Positions 37,486 to 50,481 of a stretch of 64,000 bases of DNA are shown in pieces. The notes under the pieces are model-generated. The model made no database searches. It had not been told where the DNA came from and was given only the letters and a program-made list of their open reading frames with translations. This DNA comes from Lepidodermella squamata (taxonomy: Eukaryota > Animalia > Gastrotricha): NCBI GenBank assembly GCA_047495785.1, contig JBLDXI010000017.1, positions 1,798,001 through 1,862,000 on the forward strand, written 5' to 3'. Position numbers and translations under genes: made by a program. The first letter of the stretch is position 1; every line of letters starts with the position of its first letter.

Positions 37486-37953
37486 CTTGTTATCAATCTT
37501 AGTCGAGGCGAGGATGGCGAGGATTTATTGTCAATTTTACCATACTTTTTAGGCGGCCTAAAAATTTAGCGTGAGCGCGAGAGGAGAGACTAAAATTTAA
37601 ACTTGGCGTCATTTTACAATTCTAGCTAATTTTTCTCCTCTCGCCATCGGCGTCTATCACATGTGAACTTCATATCAAGCTCATCTGAGCCAAGTTTTCC
37701 GGCAAATTTTATGCTACGCCGTTGCCGAAATTCGATACCGCGCTGCCTCCTTAATGCAGGATCATATGTTGCGTGAGATGAATCATCTCATGAAATGAAA
37801 TTTCGCCTTATATTTCGGGGTGAACTGCGGTTTTATATTTATTATAATTTTCAGAGAGTATAGGTATTTAATCGCATTTATTAATTTTAAGAGAAAAATA
37901 ATGCTTCGAATCAATCGCTGATCCAACCGCGCGGCCGTGGGGGAAACGAGGAT

Positions 37954-39766
37954 ATGGAGAGGGGCAATTCGTCGCACGACAGATGTCGGGTAAAATTTAG
38001 AATTTTAATATTTTTAAATTCGTCATTATTTCACTGCCAACTTGTAGGTATGTGGCGCTGCTTCAATCGGCGTAAGATATGGCGTACTGTCTTGCGGCTC
38101 TTGTAAGGTACGTTCCAGTTTCTAATATATTTCTAGCTTTTGGGACACCCGTTGCCAAAAATAGTGCGCGGTGTACCAAATGTAACTAGTAAACACGCTA
38201 TATGAAGCCCCGAGTACTGTTATTTATAGAAATTCTTTCAACGCAACAATGCGCGCAACATTGAACAAATGCGGTGCGAGTCGGGCCGCCGGCTTAAAAA
38301 GCCTTGTGATATGCTAAAGAAAAGGTCGTGTGCTAAATGCCGTTTGGAAAAGTGTTTCGCTGAGGGTATGCGCATCGCAAAATCATCGGCTAAAGCAGAG
38401 CCTCTGGTAAGCTTTTACTCTCAGTTTTTTCGATGTCCAACTCTTTCATTTATTCAATCAGGGCGAAGGAGCTACCTGCGGATTAGCTGAAAGTACCAAA
38501 GGCTCGCTGCGGAAATTTATAGCCGAGCGAAAAATTGGCGAGGCGAGCACTTCGACTGCCGCCGATGCCCCGGCTAGTAATGATGAACCCGTTAAAACCA
38601 GCTCTGAAACGCCATCGACCAGTGTACCAGTTGAGCCTTGCGATTATAACAATATCAAGTATGAAATCACCCTGCGCCAAATTATGTACGCTGCCACTGA
38701 TGCGTCTCGCGTCGGCTTCCAACGACCGGTAAAATAAAAAAAATCTTCCTTAATTTTTTATAATTTAAATTTTAGGTTGGTGTCGCGGGATATTTGTGCA
38801 CTGAAGGTATACCGTCGAATGAGGAGGCATTTTTCCGTCTCCTCTCGTGGTCGATCGATCGAAGTGTTAGGTCTTACCTGCCATTTGCCACTCAAATTCC
38901 TGGGATAATGAATATAACGTCGGTGCTTGACCGATGTTGCCTGATCGACAATGCTTACGTTTTGTCGTTTTTCTTATCATGGGCTCAAAATGCCGATCAG
39001 AAAGATGCTGTTTTTGCGATGACTGGCCGCTACTACGCTCAGTTGATCAACTACTGGCCTGAGTTGGAGGAGGCAACGATGTATAGCGGCCAACTAGCGG
39101 CTGCTCTTCAAGAATTTAGGCCGAGCTTCAACGATTTTCTCATCTATTTAACATTCATCCTCTGCCACGCCTTGCCTGAATACCGTACGTAATTTCCATG
39201 TATAGGAATTTATCGATTTACCAATAATTTTTTTAGGAATTCTCGATCCGACTACCGTTATGGCTTTGAATGAACTATCCGAGGACATTCTCATGACAAC
39301 AAAAGCTTATTTTCACCAGCAGAACTCGAAGCCGGAAGAAATCGATCGGAAAATGACAATGTTGTTTAAAATGCTCGATATCTCGAAGCGGCAACGTGAC
39401 GGCCGTCAGCGGGCTATTGCGAAAATGGCCCGCCGCCGCCCTGACCTAGCAGCAGCTTTGCTGACACCTGTTGCCGAGGTAATCTGCGACAAGTTTCCAA
39501 TGGAACGCAGCCAAACTGAGGCGCCTTCCATTGCTCCAAGCTCGAGCAGTTTGAGCCAATCGATGCCGAACATGTTCCGAACTAATAGCGCCTCGCCAGA
39601 TCGTCAGCTGCAACGAGGCCAAGGCCAACAGCTGATGCAAATGATGTCCGGAAGCACCCTTGAAGTACTGGGTGATAGCAGCGGTTCTTATTACAGCAGG
39701 TCACGGGCTAAATCGATTGCTCAGGATATGCTGAACAATTTTATCAGCACAGTTTCAGTTGGGTAA
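37954..39766 (+). CDS. Divergent nuclear receptor 2 (P-box CGSCK; recognisable LBD)
   Basis: Exons approx 37954-37989, 38048-38107, 38229-38406, 38462-38728, 38776-39188, 39237-39766. DBD CR|VCGAASIGVRYGVLSCGSCK|KFFQR..CESGRRLKKPCDMLKKRSCAKCRLEKCFAEGM; LBD signature FATQIPGIMNITSVLDRCCLIDNA; H10/H12-like RKMTMLFKML..TPVAEVIC. Confidence 0.9.
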
Positions 39767-42700
39767 ACGTGTTGTTGTCGTCTCTTATCTCCCACGCTCT
39801 CTCCTCTGCTCAATAATTCATCCTCTTAATGATGATATTTGCTCATGATTAATTTTTTGTCAACGTATTTTGCTGATTCTTTGGCGTTCGATTTTGTGAC
39901 TCCGATATTATACAAAGAAATGTGTTTCGTCTTTTTTCATTATACGGAAATTTTTTGAATAAAAAGGATATAGTATCTCATTGAGGTAACGCATTTTGTC
40001 ATTTGACCTATTTAACTACGTCATCAGAAAATAAATTGGGTCAAGCTATTTCGAGTGCGCGCTACGTTCTACTTTCAGTTAAGCGCGTAATAAAGTGTCC
40101 GTAAAAATAAGTGCGGGACAAAAACTTTGTATTCATGTGATATACTGCGTGTAAAATGGATACCTGCGTCCTTTTTAGAAATTATCAATACAATTCGTCG
40201 GCCCGAGGGACCACCGCGGTTTTGTTTTTATCAATACTTATCTCGCGTCATGTATGTTATTTCAGGCGGCGGATATACCAGGCATTAGGACATGTCAACA
40301 TTACACTACTGCTTTCCTTATCGATTCATTAAGCACCTAGCAGCGCAGCAGTATGTCTGCGAAAATAACTCTAAAAAAGGCTATAAATTTTAGGTTATAA
40401 GGACATTTCCAAGTGAATGTGTGGATTGCGTCACTGCGGTCGCAATAAATAGGTTGAAAAACTGCGAGCTATTGATGAGTAAAACACCGCAATAGGTACC
40501 TACGTAAAATAATAGCAGCTTAATTATTTTCATTTTCTATTATTCTCAAGCCATCGTTATTTGCAGCAGCAATTTCTAATTTTTGCGCATTGATTTTTGG
40601 ATTTTTTTAATTGCAATATTATTTAAATCCAATAATTCCGGTGGTAGATACCTGGACGTGTTCCTTTTCCAATTTCGTATTTCCTGAACCGGTGACGGCA
40701 TTATATTTTTTTTAGCTCTGTACTCAGCAGCCTTTTACGGCAAACATTGTGTTATTTTATTCATCTACAACCCAGTTTTTTCACGGTAAAAACAAACGTG
40801 TGCGCATGCTATGTAGTATATGCGATTTAAAAAAACGTGTGTAATATGTCCGAAAATGGCCAGGTCGCAAAATTGTCTGTGCGGCAGGGTAAAATGCATG
40901 AATCGTCAGGATACCGTATAGGAGGCCTAACTCCGCCCATTTATAGCCAGAGCCATTTCTATAAAAAATAGTCACGTCATTTCATAGAATCGTAAATCCT
41001 ATAGCGTTTAAATTCCTCCACGTAATAAGGTTTCTTTGACACGACAATCAGCTTATTAATAACTTTTTCAGCTTAGAATTGGACATTTCCGCTAAATATA
41101 TACTATAGCGATGATCACTTTAAACCCCGTTAATTCGCTGATAATTTCCCTGATACCTTATTTCGAGCTCAATTAGAAACTCCGCAATACTTCAATGGGA
41201 TATACCCCGAAATAGCAGGATGTGGGAGTTTCCGTTATAAATAAGAAATACGTGGCAATCCGGATAAGGAGCAGTGTATATCATGCTGTCTTTCCGTGAA
41301 TTTCTGTTATTCATATTACTAATATGTGACTCAATCTGCGAGAAATTCCCGCGAATTCGCGTGTTATTTGAGACCGCTCTGCGATAACTCTCCTAAACTT
41401 GTCCGAACATAATGCTATGAACACAACTAGTCTCATTTCATGACGTTTTCTCCTGTAGGATTTCAAGAGATAATTTCAGATTTTTGTTAGCACCTGAAAC
41501 AAACTGCTATTTTTGGCCTGGGTTTTTGCACTGGGGCATCAGGCCACGAGCGGGCGCATTTTTTATCACTTTGTTTATTTCACATTTATACTCCAAGGTC
41601 GCGACAAATTTTATGCGTGGTATATTACAATACGCATATTCATGCTTTTACTACTAGAATAGCCATTTAAGACGTCAAGCTTAATACTATTTATGCGTGC
41701 GCAGGTAAAAAAAGTATTAGCGCGAGAGGACGTTTCGTTGAAAAAACTCGCTGTTTTTAGCTAAAATTGTCCAAACGACCTCATGTTGAAATAGTTTGCG
41801 TTTGTCTCGCGAATCGATTATGTCCTAATTTTAGTATCGCCAGGTACACACGTCTGTCCGTCTGTGAGCAAAAAAATCGATGATCGAGCCTGTATAAGTA
41901 GGGGAAATTTCAGATATCAGCGACATGCATTTCCTTGAACATTTTATGTCTTTCGCCTACGAAAACTCTGCGTCAACATGTGGGTGACTTGAGGTATGCC
42001 TGACTTGTTTTTAATAAAGACATCTGATATCATTCACGGAATCTTCTTCAGATCTTTAAATGACACCCTAACGTACGTCCGTTATCACGCATTCGCAAAA
42101 TGTCGGCAATTATTGCGTTCGAATTTTAGTGCCATCTTTTTTATTACATACAATAGGGAATTGCTGTCCCTGATTGCGCGTTCGCCTTTTGCTTGGACAA
42201 TATACACAGGCGGGAATGTAGGTCAGGCAAAAAACAAATACGTGCATTTGACCCGGCTTTTCCGTGTCTACTCATCTTTGTAATTGAACTGTCCTACTTT
42301 AGATGCTAACCCAGCGCTATTTATAGATTTTATAGATTTTATACTGGCTGCTTCTATTATTCTGATTGAATGAAAGTCGTTTCTCGACTATAAATTTACG
42401 CTTATCTTTGGTGCCATCGAGCACCTTTTACGGCAGGAAGCGTCAAAACTACGCTTCCAAATTAAGGTTTATTAAACGCTCTGCAATTCATGCGTAATAG
42501 TAAGGACATGCATTAGACATAAGCAGTGACAACGCTTATTTTTGTATGCCAACGCCGCGCGCTCGAAATTTTTATACCGCGGCTCATTGTAAGCGATGAG
42601 AAATAAACGTACGTTTTATCACCCAGTACTTTCCGCGTGTATAGGTATATTATACGTTCATGTTCAAGCTGAGAGTGCGTTAAAAAAATCGTCATGCTGG

Positions 42701-43911
42701 ACACGTTCATCTAGAATTAGGTCATTTCCTTTCTCAGCCGCGTTAAAACGGCTGGACGGGATGAAAATTGTCAATTAGTTAAATTATTGCTTCACCTCGA
42801 AAACAGCATCATCATCATCCACCAAAATTAACAGCCATGTGTTCTTGTTTTTCTCGTTTAGCCATTACAACACCTGCTGATATTTTCGACACTTGTGACT
42901 ATTTTTGTTTTTATCATCGTCTACTTTTAGCTTATTATTTATCTCGCAGATGGAGCGTGGCGGCTGATCTTCATCTCCCAAAATTATCTGCTAAAAATAG
43001 ACGGCTATACCAAGTCGAAAATCATCCGAAATTATTTGGACCGATTTCGACATTTTCACGACTAAAAATAGCTGCGGAAAATTTTGCACCGCGCTTAACG
43101 ATCGGTGTATATGAATATAATAACATACGTAAAATATTGGCGTTGTTAATTAAGCAAACGCACCTTGTCGTATTAATTATTTACGACGCTTATTTTTTCT
43201 GCGCACTCCATGACATTGTTTCGCAGGTGCGCGAAAATAGCATTTGACGATTTTTCCAGTTCAGTTTTATTCGCTTACTTCATATCTGTAGCAATTTCAG
43301 TGAAAATGGGCTTGGTTTTTCGCGCTTTCTCAGCAGCTGATAAAATTGTTATTTTTAGCTCAAGTTCTCCGCATAAAATTAATCCAACACTCCCTGCCAT
43401 TACACGATTTTTAGTAGAATTATATTATGTATAAGTGGCAATTTACATTTAAAACAGCTTTTTTCGTATAGCATTGTCGCTTAGCTAAACAAATTTTGTC
43501 TTCTATACTTGGAAAAACTTTAGTTGCCACGCGCTTGCACCCCTGTATGGCACTCATTCCTTTTTTATAACAGCGTCGATTTTACACGTGAACAAAAAAA
43601 AATTATTTGACCCTACAAGTGTGGACAGACAATTTCGTTGCGCGCGCGCACCTCTATACTATACCCATACCTGGGAATAAAATATAGAAAGTATAATGCG
43701 CGGCGGCGTGAATCATATGCACACACATTCACGCGTAAATTGTCGGTGGTTAAATTTAGATCGATGTTTACCTGTTGGGCTACGTGCATTTTTTAATACA
43801 CATACATGTAATACACAGACATATTTATAGATTTTTTATTACAACTTCGCAAAAACTAACCAACTCAGTTCGCGAGGAGGAGCAGAAAAAAACTAGAGTA
43901 GCCAATTAAAG

Positions 43912-46581
43912 ATGAGACATCCGAATGACAAGTGTTATGTGAGTTAATTTCCTGAGTTAGCAAAAAAATTATTTAACATTTTTTTAACCTTAAAGGTATG
44001 CGCCAATGCATCGACCGGAAGCGTTTTCGGCATGGCAGTGTGCGCACCGTGCAAGGTGAGTAAAAAAACCATAAGTAGGTCAAGCATTTTTTGTAAAAAT
44101 TTCAATTACAGAAATTTGTGTGGCGCCATCGTTTCTCAAACCTTTCATCCCTTCGATGTGAAGTTGGCTTCGGGCCCCAGCGCAATAATTGCGATCTGAC
44201 ACGGAAGAGGTCGTGTACCAAGTGCCGGCTACGGCGGTCGATTGAAGGCAACCGGCGATTGCGGCAATTTCTCGAGAAAAACTCGCCGGATTCGATAGCC
44301 CCAGCTAAGACTGTAGTCGACCCTACTGTCACTGCCGTTCACGTCAAGGCGATGGATAAGCTTCGCGGTTTCTTGGCGACGAAGAAGCCATCATCGACGC
44401 AACTCGTCGACCAACCGCCGATGATGATGATGGACTCTGATGATGACTCAGCGATTTTGTCATCGGAACGGGACCGGCTAGGTTCCGCTTCAGCCGGGTC
44501 GACGGGGCAGGACGACAGCCCGCGAAAGCCCCTACACGGCAATAACGCAACCCTAACCCCGCAATCGAGTGATTCAGACAGCGTGGGATTGTCTTACCTA
44601 GGCTTCCCGCACCAGCATCATCGAAATGTAGTGGAAGAAGCACCGGTGTTCAATAACGGGCGGTTGCCGCTTCCGGCGCATGTCAACGCGTCATTTTTCA
44701 GACACCCTGCGCCCGAACCGTCATCGCTGCCGAACGACGGCGAGAATAAAAACGCGCAGATCTACCAGTACCTCATGTGGGCAATCAACTTTATCCAGCC
44801 GACATACTCAGCTTTCTCAAATCGCTTTGCCGGTAAATTATTATCACAACAACTCTCTCCAATTTCCCTTCTGTCTTTTTTGAACCCGCATTTTTTCTGA
44901 GAAGGGTCGGAATTCTAAATCATTAGGTACGATGGGGCAAAATTTGTCCATTGCAAGTTCTTCATACCGGACACTTGAATCGATTATGTACCCGCGTACC
45001 CGACATTTCCTATATCGATATTCGCGCTAGCTCACGTGGTGAAAAATTCCGATAAATTGATAATACAGCCAATAAGGATAGCAATTCGCGAAAATTCCTA
45101 CCCTAATTAATTTCGCTGAGTCTTGGCAAGGATGAATTCCTCAAACCTTCGACGTGATTTTCTCATGGTTCGCCTAATTTTAGAAAGGGATGTCTAGCGC
45201 AAGGATTTCAAGCAACCTTGCAACATAAGGATGGTTGTAGTGACAGTTTTCTGTGATTGAGGTGAAAAGTCGATATTAGTGTTCCTTTTTCGTGCTTCAT
45301 GTGGCTCGATATTTCCTCCGCATTGAGCTGTAAAATTCCAAATTTAATCTCATGCCATCGGCAATCGATGTCTCGTGCGGTGAAAGAGTCATTTTTAGCT
45401 CAATTAATTATTCAAATATTTGTAGCTCCTATCGAATAGCTCGCAATGAAGACTTCGGCTCTTAAATTGCAGAAATGAAATTTTTAAGGAGGCACTTTTA
45501 TTATCGCTATTTCCAATATAGCGTGCAAAATTGCGTTCTCTCACCTGGATACGAAAGGCGCAAAAAAATTCGATCTTATAGGTCATACAAAAAACCTATC
45601 GATTCCTGCTGAGTCATCTGATCACAAAGTATTGACCTAATTAATTGGATTTCGAAATCAAGTTTCAAATACATGGGCTGTATTTTTCACCTGTAAAATA
45701 ATAATTTACCCTCTGATTTTTTAGTAGCAAATGCCTATAATTTCCTAATAAAATATCATCGACATGGTTCGATGCTCGCATAGACTTGGTCATTTTCAGT
45801 TGGTTCAGAATCGATTGATGAAAAAAATGAGATATTAGCGTTGAGAATTGATGAAAAACTGAAAAAAAGTGAACAGATGAACTCTCAATCATTCGGTTTT
45901 TTCACAAATTCCACGAGCAAATAAACTTGAATCATTGAGAAATGGAATATCCTATAAATTTATAAATTGGGCCTATGTTTATTCTAAAATCAGGAAACTT
46001 TCTGAATAATTCTTAAAAATCGGCATTCACTCCATTTTTTTCTGGCCATATGTAATCGATGATTTACATATTTTTCGAATTTTTCCGAAATTAGGAATGA
46101 TGAGTATGATCCGATTTTATTTTTTATCTATTTGCTTTCAGAAATATTTAAAAACTGCACTCAAGAAGAGTATTGCCAACTCTTGCTGCTATCGGCCAAA
46201 AACAGCGGCGCAGATCTAGGCAATCTAGGCGAAGCGATGCTGGCTGTAGTCACGAAAGGTGCCTCGCTGCAGGAGCACGATCTCCGGAAGCAGCAGCCGG
46301 TGCAGTTGCCCGACGTGCTAAACGCGTTCAATCTATACTTTTCAATCGTAACGAGCGATTCAATAACCAGTAACAGTAGCATCACTCCGGCGATTCTGCT
46401 CGAAAATATTCGAAACAACCCGTGCTTTGTCCAACTCGTCAACATACCAATGCAATTAGTGATATCAAACTCATCGACGGACAGTAATTCTATGCTACAG
46501 GTAATTAATTAAAAATCGAAATTGATTGAAAATTATTTTTTCTTTTTTTTACAGCGATTCGCAGCCATTCTAGGCAGATGA
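43912..46581 (+). CDS. Divergent nuclear receptor 3 (P-box CAPCK; remodelled LBD)
   Basis: Exons approx 43912-43938, 43996-44055, 44112-44832, 46142-46500, 46555-46581. DBD CY|VCANASTGSVFGMAVCAPCK|KFVWRH..CEVGFGPQRNNCDLTRKRSCTKCRLRRS; the C-terminal part aligns with receptor 1. Confidence 0.82.
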
Positions 46582-47589
46582 GACAATAATAATTCGGTTT
46601 AATTTTCCTGGCTATATAAAACGGGTTAATGAATGTAGATTACTTACTGCTGCTCGTTGTCGATTCTGTTTATAAACAGCTAATAGTCTAATAATCTTCA
46701 GAAATTGCCATTTTGTTCGAATTGGAGAATTGCCGATTTTTTCACCCTCATTTTCTTTTGTGTCCAAGCCGGAGAAACAACGCAAAGTGGACAGTCTTTT
46801 TATTTTCAAATTTTTTTGCTGAAATTTCAAAAGCTTTCTTTCTCGAATCATCGGTATATATAAATGTATCTATACGAAAGTTATAACGCAAATTTCCTCT
46901 ATCGCATGAGGTCGGATGTTTTCTCTCGTGCATGTTTTCAGATCTTTATTTTTCTCTCTTTGAAAATGCTGCAAAAAAAACCGATAAAAAAATCGCCCGT
47001 GTCTCGGATGATCTTGAATAAACTGCTAAAGCAATTTGTTGATTTTGTTAACGAAAAAAAACTATGATTATTGTGAAATGCAAAGAATAAAAAGTGTTAA
47101 CTTAATAAAATCAAGTTTTGACGCTACAACGAGTTTCGTCTTTTTATGGGCTGGGGAATAATCACTTAAATATATGAATGGCTGAGAGATTGCTGCAAAC
47201 ACGCGGTTTTAGGTATGAATGGCGCGTTGAAATTCACCCTTTATTGTTTTGTTTCAATAACAAGAGACACCCGCCTCCCCACGCAGCAATAATGCGATGT
47301 CACCAGCGGCAATTAAGGCACATGCTTTTATCAACTTTCCGCCAACGTAGCTATGTTCAATAATGAAAGCTAAAACACACAACGCTGGTGTTGTTTATAG
47401 AAATAACGAAATACCCAGCTTAACTGGGACAAAAGGTTATACCGAAAATATTTACACAGGGCAACTTATTTTACAGCTGAAAATGAGCGCGGTAATTGTT
47501 TCAATTAAGGTGTAAAAAAAGTTATTATTTTCCACTTATACCTATGCAAATTTTTCTGTAACATATATACGCCAGATAGATTTTAGACG

Positions 47590-48189
47590 ATGACGATGAA
47601 TTTTGCGTTTGTTATTGTCAACGTGATATTCGTACTCAGCGATGCAGCTATGACAGGACCTTACGCCGGGTTCTTCCCTCATAATTCTCCCATTGCTAAA
47701 ATTTTCCTGTCGAAAACTTCTAATCAGCTTCAGCCCATCGCCGATCAGTCTTCGAGCAATCCTAAGGACGATAATGACGGATATTACGATGACTATGAGT
47801 CGTATTCCTATGAGTATGATGACGATTTCGGCCCAGAAGGTGTTTTCGGTCAATTAGCGCGTGATATCGAGAAAGCTAACACTCCAATCGCTAGGACTAC
47901 AACGATTGACGCCGGGGATTACTACGACAGCTATGAATCGGAGGAATACGATGGTGACTACGACGAGGCAGATCAGGATTCGGAGGATTATGACGCCAAA
48001 GTCGACTCTGAGCTACCTCAAGTTACCAAGTAAATGCACTAGAGATATACCGAATTTTTAATCCTAATTTTTCTCCGATTTTTTAGTCATAAAATTCAGA
48101 TGGAAGACAATTACGGGCTACGGCAGAATTGGGCGACTGCTTCGCATCCGAAAATTTTGCTGATTCATGGATCGAATAACGATGTTTGA
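47590..48189 (+). CDS. Secreted acidic Asp/Tyr-rich protein
   Basis: Signal-like MNFAFVIVNVIFVLSDA; two YYDxYES-containing acidic blocks; exons 47590-48029 and 48087-48189 join in frame. Confidence 0.75.
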
Positions 48190-49363
48190 TTATCGTGAAG
48201 TAACATAAGCAAAAGGTGATGGATTGCTTTGTGAATAAAAGAGATCGGTGTTTCAGATTGATAAGAGGCCTTGATAATGAATTGGCTCAATTTATTGGTT
48301 ATTTCTGAGAATTCTAGCTAATCGAATTCCAATCCTAGTTGCTGTTAGCTGTACATTACTTCAGAGGTCTGAAGATCCGAGAATCATTGCTGCCGGGAAA
48401 TTTTGGGGTCAGCGGGAAATTTTCTTTAATTTATTTCGAAAGCAATTTTAGACCATTTCCACAACTAAAAAAAGAAAAAACGTCAGCTGAAGGTGGCCAA
48501 TAACTGGTATAATTTGATGATACTTGGTGATTCCAACGGGAATTTCCGGTATTCTTTAAAATTTATCATCAAAATCACTGAACAAAAATTGATAGCCGTT
48601 GTTGCAGAGATATATTGCCTAATTTTACCTCAATTCCTATCACATTTCGAAAATTCCCGTGAACTCGCGAATTGCAAAATCGATGAATACAATTCTTGAG
48701 AAAAAATCCGTCCCGATTTTTAAAAGTTTTCAAATTTTAATTGTTCAAAGCTTCGAACTGTTTTTCGCCGAGATCAACTCGGCCGTTTTATTACGCGTCA
48801 CCTCTAATCTGACTTTATAGCCAATACTAGACTGATACTTGACCTTTTTTCAACCAGCCGGCACAAGTTGTTTCCTACACTGGTTGGTCACATGATTTTT
48901 TCATGGACGGTTCACCGTAGGTTACCGGAATGGAGGATAATCTTCCCGAGTTCTAGCGCTCATGCATTTGACCGCATGTTAGGATTATAAGGGTTAATAC
49001 CTTCGACTTTTTTGTATTCCATAGCTTGTAGGAAAAGCCAAATTAGGATTATAGCGCAGTTTAAATGTCCAGCGAAATTCAGTCTCTCGAGAAAACTATA
49101 TTCCGACGCGTATGAGGCTAATATGGTTGCTAATCTCTACACGTAAGAGATTTTCAGATACATTTTATTATCAGCCGTAATTGAGGCAAAAGGTCAAGCC
49201 ATGCGGCGAGTGGGAGCCGCACGATAGGCGTTGGTCAAACACCCTGAGGCGTCACAGCTATTCATCCAGTTGCGCGTGATGCCTCTACTTCGAGTGCTGA
49301 GATGAGACGATTTAATAAGTCATCCAAACAGGAGCAAGAAAAATCCTATAAAATCTTTACGCC

Positions 49364-49376
49364 AGGTCATTGACCT
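49364..49376. promoter_or_regulatory. Perfect IR1 nuclear-receptor response element AGGTCA-T-TGACCT
   Basis: Read directly; it lies between TATAAAA (49347) and the ATG at 49431. Function is inferred only. Confidence 0.45.
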
Positions 49377-49430
49377 AGGTATGATGCAGGTATAAGTCAC
49401 GCTCTTTTTTCCTATCTAGACGGATTAATT

Positions 49431-49667
49431 ATGGTTAAACTTCGTGCCATTGTAATTTTCATGCTACTCATCGACGCAATTTCAACGACCGAACCTCGAA
49501 AATCGGACCGTTCATTGTTGGAAATTCGATCGACCGACAATTTCAACCTGCGAGTTGCGCCGTACATCTACCAGTCTCGAGAACTCAAGAGGAGTATACA
49601 AAACCGCGGGCGAGCTAAAAAACGTGATAACACCAGATCAAGCCATCAATATCTGCCTAGAATTTAG
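49431..49667 (+). CDS. Small secreted basic protein / possible prepropeptide
   Basis: Signal-like MVKLRAIVIFMLLIDAIST, dibasic sites KR and KKR, AATAAA at about 49721. Confidence 0.6.
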   Translation: MVKLRAIVIFMLLIDAISTTEPRKSDRSLLEIRSTDNFNLRVAPYIYQSRELKRSIQNRGRAKKRDNTRSSHQYLPRI

Positions 49668-50481
49668 CAGAGGTGTGAAGATTTTTTGTAGAAAAAACTG
49701 TCGTATTCTAGTGATATAATAATAAAAGTCACATTCTTGTCAAGTTATTCATCTTCAACAACCGTACTATTTTTTGTGTGTCAGATAAAGGTGTGTAATG
49801 GAGTTGTTAAATACTGGTCAGTGAAACGCCATATTATCGTGTTTTTTGCATTTTAATGATAGCTATTAACGTTCGAACTCATCGTGAACCTGAGCGTGCG
49901 CACGCTTCATCATGTGGTCACTTTAGCGACGAGCGAAAAAAAAATAAGAATTAATGCAATAAAATGATGGCTGGCACGAGCAACGTATTATAAATATTAT
50001 ACTTTTCGATATATAGGGGGCTGTATAATAACAACTGCCCAGCCTAAAATATCGTGCGCGCGAAATTGATGAGAGTGAGCAACAGAAAAAAATCTGCGAG
50101 GATACGTGTATTTGTCAAGTAGCCGCTACAATGGCTCGTGTCGTGTGTTAAAATAATAACTGTCAACGTCACTCACGCTCTGGCCGTTACCTCTGCGCTC
50201 GTTGGCTACTCGACGCCTTGACCATCAAGCGCGGCGAGATGATGGTGGTAATGCGCAGAAAAAAAACTACCACCCTAAAAAAAACAACAACAGTTTATGG
50301 ACTCACTTGAGATTTTATGAAGCGACGAGATGAAGGCTTGTGATTTCGATGCTCAACTCAACGGCAAGCTATTATAATTACCTGCGTGAAAAAATGTTAC
50401 GTCACGTTTTGATCACCATACTTAATTGCTGTAGTAATTAATTTTGGCATAATCTTAATTGTTAATTAGGAATATTTTATA

